A DNA stretch of 64,000 bases, taken from NCBI GenBank assembly GCA_964016885.1, contig OZ024744.1, positions 123,876,001 through 123,940,000 of the forward strand, written 5' to 3'. A program made the translations under genes and the position numbers. This DNA comes from Eledone cirrhosa (lineage: Eukaryota). Positions 58,316 through 64,000 of the stretch are shown piece after piece. Below the pieces are notes generated by a model that saw only the letters and a program-made list of their open reading frames with translations, searched no databases and was not told where the DNA came from. Position 1 is the stretch's first letter. Every line of letters starts with the position of its first letter.

Positions 58316-59080
58316 ATGGCTACTAGATTACGAATGAGCGGAGAAGCGATTAGAGATTTTACCGGTGAAGATGATGTTGTTGCCTGGTTGTGAAAAGATC
58401 GGCTGGTCGCAAGCTTACAGAAGATAGAAGATGTGGCTGTCCTCATGGCACTGTACCTCGAAGGGGATGCATTGGCACTCTTGCTAGAGATGGATGAACA
58501 CAGCCAAAGGGATGCGCAAAAGATGGAGAGGCATATGATGGAAGCGTTTGCGGAAGGACCCTTAGTCGCTTTTGCTAAGCTGGCAAGGATTAGATGGAAC
58601 GGTGAACTCGTTGACATTTTTGCAGCGGAAATACGGCGATTGGCCACGTTGGCTGGATATCAGGTGGAATGCGAACGCACGGTGCGGTTGGCGTTCATAA
58701 ATGGATTTCCAAACGACATAGCGGTGAAACTGCAGCAAGTCCTGGGTTACAAGGAAATGGAGATGTGTTCACTGGTGGAACAAGCCCATAACATAGCAGA
58801 AGATGCCAAGAAGAGAGTCACGGCGATAGCAATGACAGAGGCCCAATGCAGCCGGCAGCGAAATGGTGAAAGGGAGGCAACCACGGCATACGGTCGCCCG
58901 TGAACGTTTAGATGTCGTTGTTTGAGGTGCAAGGGCCCGAACATGGCGACAGACTGTAGAGAGTCAAGGCCAGACAAAATATGCTACTGGTATAAGCGAC
59001 CAGGCCACATAGCTACTAGCTGTGACCAGGGAAACGATCCAAGGGGAACTACTGCTTCGGTAGCTGCCCCTTACGAGTAG
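58316..59080 (+). pseudogene. gag: gag (disrupted by in-frame TGA at 58391 and 58901)
   Basis: One frame from ATG 58316 (MATRLRMSGEAIRDFTGEDDVVAWL*...LYLEGDALAL...) to TAG 59078-59080. Two degenerate zinc knuckles: CLRCKGPNMATDC (58919-58957) and CYWYKRPGHIATSC (58982-59023). Confidence 0.88.
59029..59072 (+). promoter_or_regulatory. -1 programmed ribosomal frameshift signal (gag to pol)
   Basis: Slippery heptamer G_GGA_AAC (59029-59035) in gag phase, 5-nt spacer, then stem-loop AAGGGG..CTAC/GTAG..CCCCTT (59041-59072). The -1 frame runs into the protease. Confidence 0.8.
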
Positions 59081-59538
59081 AGGCGCTGCCCATGGTGAAA
59101 GTCTTCGTGACGAGAAAGCCACAGCGAGCCCTCGTGGATACGGGCTGTACGATGACACTGGTAACCGCGGGGGTAGCGCAGAGGTGGAGAGGGAAGAGCA
59201 GCGTAAGGGCAGTCAACGGTAGGAAAATTGAATGCCGAGGTCGCAGCGAGATGTAGATGGCGGTACGTGGAAAGAAAATAAGGCTTTCTGCCATCGTAGT
59301 CGACAACGTGGTGGATGGGATCGGCGTAGTTATGGGCATGGACGCAATTGGCCGTCTAGGAGGCATCACAGTGAACAACGTCGGTGTGTCGTTTGGCGGC
59401 GCCGCATCGGTATGCGCTGTGAGTACGCGACAGGAGAACCAGAAGGCCCACGAGGAGAAATACCCCGCTTACACTGTGCAGGACAAAGACTTCAAGGCCG
59501 TGTTCGATGGGCAACGTTGGGTTGTTGAGTGGTACTGA
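59029..59538 (+). pseudogene. pol: pol: aspartic protease region (stop at 59254)
   Basis: RALVDTGC (catalytic D codon at 59137) and downstream IGVVMGMD in the same frame. Confidence 0.88.
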
Positions 59539-60440
59539 AGGGAGAACCACCAACACTGAAGACCAAAGTTGGCTGCTATCAACACACATTGAAGGGAAAC
59601 ATTAGGAGCGAGTTCGAGCGAGAGGTAGAGAGATGGATTGAGGAGGGCATACTGCTTCCCTGGAAAGAGGAGGTGAAGTGTGGAGCATTGCCGTTAATGG
59701 CGGTGGCGCAACCCATGAAGAATAAGGTGAGACCGGTACTGGACTTTCGGGAGCTGAACAAGCACGTGTCATGCCACACGAGTGGCGAGGTCACGGATGT
59801 CTGTGGGGAAACCCTGCGTGAGTGGAGATGCATGACGGGGGCCTCTGCAATCGTCAATCTAAAGTCGGCATACTTGCAATTACATAGATGAGAAGCTCTG
59901 GCAGTATCAGCTGGTCAGGTATAAGGGCCGGACATATTGCCTGACCAGGCTCGATTTCAGGCTGAGCTCTGCACCGAAGATCATAGCGGCGGTCCTCAAG
60001 ACTATTCTGGGAAAGGCCGACAAGATGAAGAGGGCCACTAACTCCTAGTGGACGAGTCTGTGGTGTCGGCGGCGGAGGTTACGAGCCATTTACAGGGGTA
60101 TGGACTGGCTGTGAAGCCGTCAGAAGCGTTGGAGGGAGGAGCCGCGCTGGGACTTAGGCTACGGCGAGACAGGACGGGCGTGTTAGTATTCCAGAGGGGA
60201 AATGAAGTTCCAGAACTGAGCCCAAGTATGAGTAGGCGGGAGCTTTTCTCGGTGTGTGGAAAGTTTGTGGGTCACTACCCGGTTGCTGGGTGGCTCCAGA
60301 CGGCATGCAGCTATGTCAAGAGACGAGCGGGAGGGGTGACTTGGAGTGACAGAGTGGGAGAGAGGACGGTGGCCATGATGCAGGAGATTGTGGGGAGGGT
60401 GAAGGCCGACGACCCAGTGCGGGGACGCTGGTATGTTCCC
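59529..60440 (+). pseudogene. pol: pol: reverse transcriptase (frameshifted, YxDD lost)
   Basis: KVRPVLDFRELN, IVNLKSAYLQL, then in a shifted frame YKGRTYCLTRLDFRLSSAP. The expected YxDD at ~60045 is absent. Thumb-like SRRELFSVCGK follows. Confidence 0.9.
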
Positions 60441-60860
60441 AAATCGCAGAGCGGGACTGTATGGTTCGATGTCAGCAGCATAGCGCTGGGTGTCACGTTG
60501 GAGATAGGAGGTGTTGAGGTCAAGGATGCAGCCTGGCTTAGGAAGAAGGACGATTGCAACCACATCAATGTGGCCAAACTGGACGCGGTGTTGAGAGGGG
60601 TGAACCTCGCCCTGAGGTGGGGATTGCGCACCATCGAGATTCACACCGACTCGGCTACTGTATTCGGATGGGTGACATCAGTGCTCACCAGTGAGAAGAG
60701 AGAGCGAATGAGAGGGGCGGCGGATATGCTGATAAAGCGCCGCCTGGGAACTTTAGGAGAGTTGGCCACCGAGTTCGACCTGAGGCTGAGCGTAGTTTTC
60801 GTGCCCTCAGAGAAAAATAGGGCGGACGTTTTAACCGGGATGAAGAAAGCCTGGATGGAA
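60441..60860 (+). pseudogene. pol: pol: RNase H
   Basis: VWFDVSSIALG, HINVAKLDAV (E to K), IHTDS and VPSEKNRAD give the D-E-D-D catalytic pattern in ORF 60048-61163. Boundaries approximate. Confidence 0.85.
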
Positions 60861-60899
60861 GCGCTGGAGGATGTAGAAGAGGAGATAGCTGCCGTCTGT

Positions 60900-61783
60900 C
60901 AGCTGACCGAGTCGGATCTGAAAGGGTTGTATGACATGCACCACATGGGAGTGGATAGGACTCTGTTCCTAGTCAGGAGAATCGACTCGGACGTTAGCAG
61001 ACACAGTGTTCAAAGAGTGGTTAGAGGTTGTGTCCGATGTCAGTCCATTGATCCCGCCCCGGGTGTGCACGAAACGGGAAGCCTCCTGGTGGATCACGAC
61101 AAGGAACATACCTCTCAATGGTCGACTGTGGACCGGGACGGATGGCGAAATGGAGGGAGATGAAGACTGGAATGGCCGAGGAAATCACGCGGACATTGAG
61201 AGAGGTGTTCTTGGAGCGGGGCCCTGTGGACGAACTGCTGATGGACAACAGCGCAGCGTTCCGCTCGGAGGCGCTGAGGGAGATGGTCGATGGATGGAAG
61301 GTGGGCCGTTTCTTCAGAGCAGCGTACAGGCCGAGCGGAAATGGAATCGTGGAGGGCACCACCGGACGATCAAAGCAATGGCGGAGCGGGGCCATATCTC
61401 ACCAATGGAGGCAGTGTTCTGGTACAATATGTCCCCTCGGGTTGGACAGGTCGAGGATACGGTGCCACCACAACGGCCAGTGGAGAGAGAATGAATTTGT
61501 GCAGGCGGGCGAAGAAGTCTGGGTTAAGCCCCCAGATGCACGTTGCACATCTCAATGGGGAAGGGGAACGGTGACGGCCGTAAATTCCTAGAACAATGTG
61601 TCCGTGGATGGACTACCACGTCATGTCCTGGATGTCCGTAGAATCACTGTGTCAACGGACTCCGAGGAAGAGGAAACCCAAAGTGCCGCCCCAACACTGC
61701 GGAGATCGCAAAGAAGTAGCAAACCACCAACCTGGACAGCAGACATTCATATGCAGCAGGACGAGGGGGAAATTGATCCTTGA
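60900..61783 (+). pseudogene. pol: pol: DDE integrase (internal deletion, frameshifts, stop at 61589)
   Basis: HHMGVDRT...CVRC zinc finger, YLSMVDCG, LLMDNS, YRPSGNGIVE / HHRTIKAM, FWYNMSP, and C-terminal GEEVWVKPP...WGRGTV...VDGLPRHVLDVR. Confidence 0.88.
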
Positions 61784-61787
61784 GATC

Positions 61788-61799
61788 AGGGGGGGGGGG
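61788..61799 (+). promoter_or_regulatory. Polypurine tract
   Basis: A followed by G11, ending 1 nt before the 3' LTR. Confidence 0.9.
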
Positions 61800-61800
61800 C

Positions 61801-62031
61801 AGTGGCCGGAGGCTGGGGAGTGCTCGACCGGAAGAGTGTTTGACGGGAAGGGCGCTTGACTGGAAGGGTGCTCGACCGGAAGGGCCAGCAGGTCTGCCTC
61901 TCTCTAGGGTGGTCAGCGAAGGTGGTGGACGTCAGTTTGGGAGCTCCCGGTTAACGAGTTGGTTTGTAAGCACGTGGGAGAGGAGAAACCAGCCATTGGA
62001 TTAGCGGTGCCAGTAGCTTTTTCTAACCACA
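61801..62031 (+). repeat. 3' LTR (231 bp)
   Basis: AGTGG (terminal T mutated to A)...CCACA, a direct repeat of 57949-58198. Confidence 0.95.
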
Positions 62032-62547
62032 AAATTCTTTGAAAAGGTTTAATTGACGAACAAATGTCCTGTACCACATTGATCCGCATTAACAAGACTT
62101 TTTAAAAGTACAAAACAGCATTATTACTGCATCACTAAAGATAGTAAAGATACTATAAATATTTGAAATAACAAACCTGTTTTTAGATATTTTCTGCTAA
62201 ATCATTACAGGATGTTAAGAGATAAATACAATATCTTTGTTTATATTTCAGGGAATATGGGTGCGACAAGGAGCAATAGGTTTTATTACTGCTGTGGCTC
62301 ATGTATTGAAAGTTGCAGATGTTCATTGCAACTTAATACCTCGAGTGAGAATGTTCCTAAAACAAAGTGTCCTTCATATTGACCAAAAAGTAAGTTATTT
62401 TCACACATTCTCTACCGTTGAAACCTACCCCTCTCCCCCCGCCCCCTCTCTCTCTAGTAATAATAATAAATGTGAAGACTAAAATCCAAAGAGGGCTCGA
62501 TAAGGATAAATATATATCAAATATATAAGAACCGTAGAGCAAATATT

Positions 62548-62663
62548 TATTAAAATAACAGATTAAAGTTTAAGCAAAGAATCGCTGCTTTCACCCTTAA
62601 CGGGATCTTCTGATCTCGTTAAGGGTGAAAGCAGCGATTCTTTGCTTAAACTTTAATCTGTTA

Positions 62664-62671
<8 letters not shown>
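62548..62671. repeat. Near-perfect inverted repeat: 60-bp arms, 4-nt loop
   Basis: 62548-62607 is the reverse complement of 62612-62671 with one G/T mismatch (62603/62616). Loop TTCT. Confidence 0.95.

Positions 62672-62713
<42 letters not shown>
62669..62713. repeat. (AT)n microsatellite, ~22 units
   Basis: Direct reading. It begins at the end of the hairpin's right arm. Confidence 0.97.
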
Positions 62714-62716
<3 letters not shown>

Positions 62717-62739
62717 GTAGGTTTCAATGTGTTTATTGC

Positions 62740-63545
62740 TTACATGATAAGTGGTTGGTGATAGAAAGCTTACCAAACAAAGGGTCAGGAAGACCCTTCA
62801 GTTGTGTCAAAGACATGACAGCCTCTCTAGTCTTGGTGATCTACATGATAAACCTACCCAGTACACTCTGTAAAGTGGTTGGTGATATGGCATCCACCTG
62901 TAGAAATCTTGTGAAACAAAAGGTTAGGAGGACCCTTCAGTTTGTGTCAAGGACCTGACATCCTCACCAGTGCACTTGGTACAATGTGAGATCATAAATA
63001 AATGATATGACAGATCCCTGGTTTGTCTGGGAGATCAGTAGCCACCACTTCAGTACTGACTTGGTCTATGTAGACCTGTCTAACCCTTGCTGGGAATATA
63101 GGTGATATGACAGATCCCTGGTTTGTCTGGGAGATCAGTACCCACCACTTCAGTACTGACTTGGTCTATGTAGATCTGTCTAACTCTTGCTAGACAGATC
63201 TAAGTGGATGTAAACATGACAATGATAGGAAGGTGATCCAGCCATTGAAAGCTTGCCAAAAGAAGTTTTGGAAGGACCCAGAGTTGTGCCAAAGGTACAA
63301 CATACTAACTATTGCTGGTGATCTACATGATAAATGCTCCCAATACATGTTATAAGAGTTTGGTGATAGGAAGGGTAACCAGCCATAGAAAACTTGCCAA
63401 ACAAAGGGTTGGCAGGACTCTTCTATGTCAAATGTTAGTGATCTTCACAATATCACACTTAGTACACACTGTAAAGTAGTTGGTGATATGAAGGGCTCCA
63501 GCCATAGAAAACTTGCCAAACAAAGGGTTGGAAGGTCTCTTTAAC
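62740..63545 (+). repeat. Degenerate tandem units of ~120-140 bp (about 5) containing a SINE-core-like motif
   Basis: Recurring GTTGGTGATAGGAAGGG..CCAGCCATAGAAAACTTGCCAAACAAAGGGTTGG and GGTGATCTACATGATAAA blocks at ~62755, 62880, 63225, 63360 and 63480. Confidence 0.7.
63003..63191. repeat. Direct duplication, period 100 bp (89 bp aligned, 3 mismatches)
   Basis: TGATATGACAGATCCCTGGTTTGTCTGGGAGATCAGTA... starts at 63003 and again at 63103. Confidence 0.92.
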
Positions 63546-63696
63546 AATGTTAGCACTGGTGCCATGCTAAAATGTATTTGGTAGAACACAGGGTTGTTTG
63601 TAAGTGAGCCCATCTGCAGGAACAGTAGCCCTTCTTGGATACTGGCTCAGTTGGTGAAGTTCCCCATCCAAACGTTGCTAGCAGGGAAAATGAACA

Positions 63697-64000
63697 TTAA
63701 CTTTTTAGAGTTCAAACCGCCCGAAATTATTTCCCCTTCATTTGTTCAAACCGCCCAAAAACACCCACACTAAAAAATCATTCTAAAAATAAACAAACCA
63801 TCATCAAAATCTCGTCGATTCGAGACTGCTGCGAGATTAGGTCTTTACTGCGAAAATTAACACTTAATATAGTGAAACAAGTTAAAACAACAAGTATTTT
63901 TTTAACTTTGAAAGTAGAATAGATTTTTTTTTGTATCAACATGGCTTATGAAAGTAGCGATATCGACTTGGGAGGTTTTACACACGACGACATTCAGAAT
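63697..64000 (+). mobile_element. Possible left end of a piggyBac-like DNA transposon (runs off the window)
   Basis: TTAA (63697-63700) then CTTTTTAGAG. Subterminal 13-bp direct repeat GTTCAAACCGCCC (63710, 63744). ATG in AACATGG context at 63941 opens an acidic frame MAYESSDIDLGGFTHDDIQN. Confidence 0.4.

Larger units (their letters stand above)
57949..62031 (+). mobile_element. Decayed LTR retrotransposon, 4,083 bp, Ty3/Gypsy-type domain order (gag, PR-RT-RH-IN)
   Basis: Two direct LTRs, a PPT before the 3' LTR, and recognisable zinc knuckle, DTG protease, RT, RNase H and integrase motifs broken by stops and frameshifts. Confidence 0.95.

Noticed and set aside
58309-62095. Minus-strand and alternate-frame ORFs over the retroelement, including a possible env or extra ORF at 61596-62004
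   Set aside because: Shadows of GC-rich gag/pol or LTR sequence with no motifs. There is no room for env between integrase and the PPT.
62237-63613. Short ORFs 62237-62482, 62357-62542, 62755-62958 and 63428-63613
   Set aside because: 60-80 aa, several with non-ATG starts, lying in low-complexity or repeat-derived sequence with no recognisable domain.

Overview
Eukaryotic, repeat-only window with no host genes. The repeat types suggest an octopus or other cephalopod genome, but that is my recollection, not a database result. (1) 1-57,840 is one uninterrupted AT-rich 48-bp satellite (plus-strand consensus CATTAGAAATATGGTAATGAAAGGGTTAATGACATAGACAGTGTCTTT). It has 46/44/42/38/28-bp deletion variants and nested higher-order duplications at offsets from 0.6 to 21 kb. 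The many minus-strand 'MKDTVYVINPFITIFL' ORFs are artefacts of the 48-bp period. Read on the minus strand, each monomer begins TTAA|CCCTTT, like a piggyBac-type terminus, and the array stops exactly at that terminus. (2) Five copies of one 120-bp truncated tRNA-derived SINE with a 17-bp TSD lie in the array, and the matching empty site survives at ~21,990. (3) 57,949-62,031 is a decayed 4.1-kb LTR retrotransposon (gag with 2 zinc knuckles, -1 frameshift signal, PR-RT-RNaseH-IN, PPT, no TSD). It has no canonical TGG primer-binding site. Instead the 12 nt abutting the 5' LTR are the exact reverse complement of the 5' end of metazoan tRNA-Phe, and its RT/RNase H motifs look DIRS-like despite a DDE integrase. 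This is the best candidate for an unusual system here. (4) 62-64 kb holds a near-perfect hairpin with 60-bp arms, (TA)n, degenerate tandem SINE-like units, a 100-bp-period duplication and a probable piggyBac-like left end. All coordinates and mismatch counts were read by eye.
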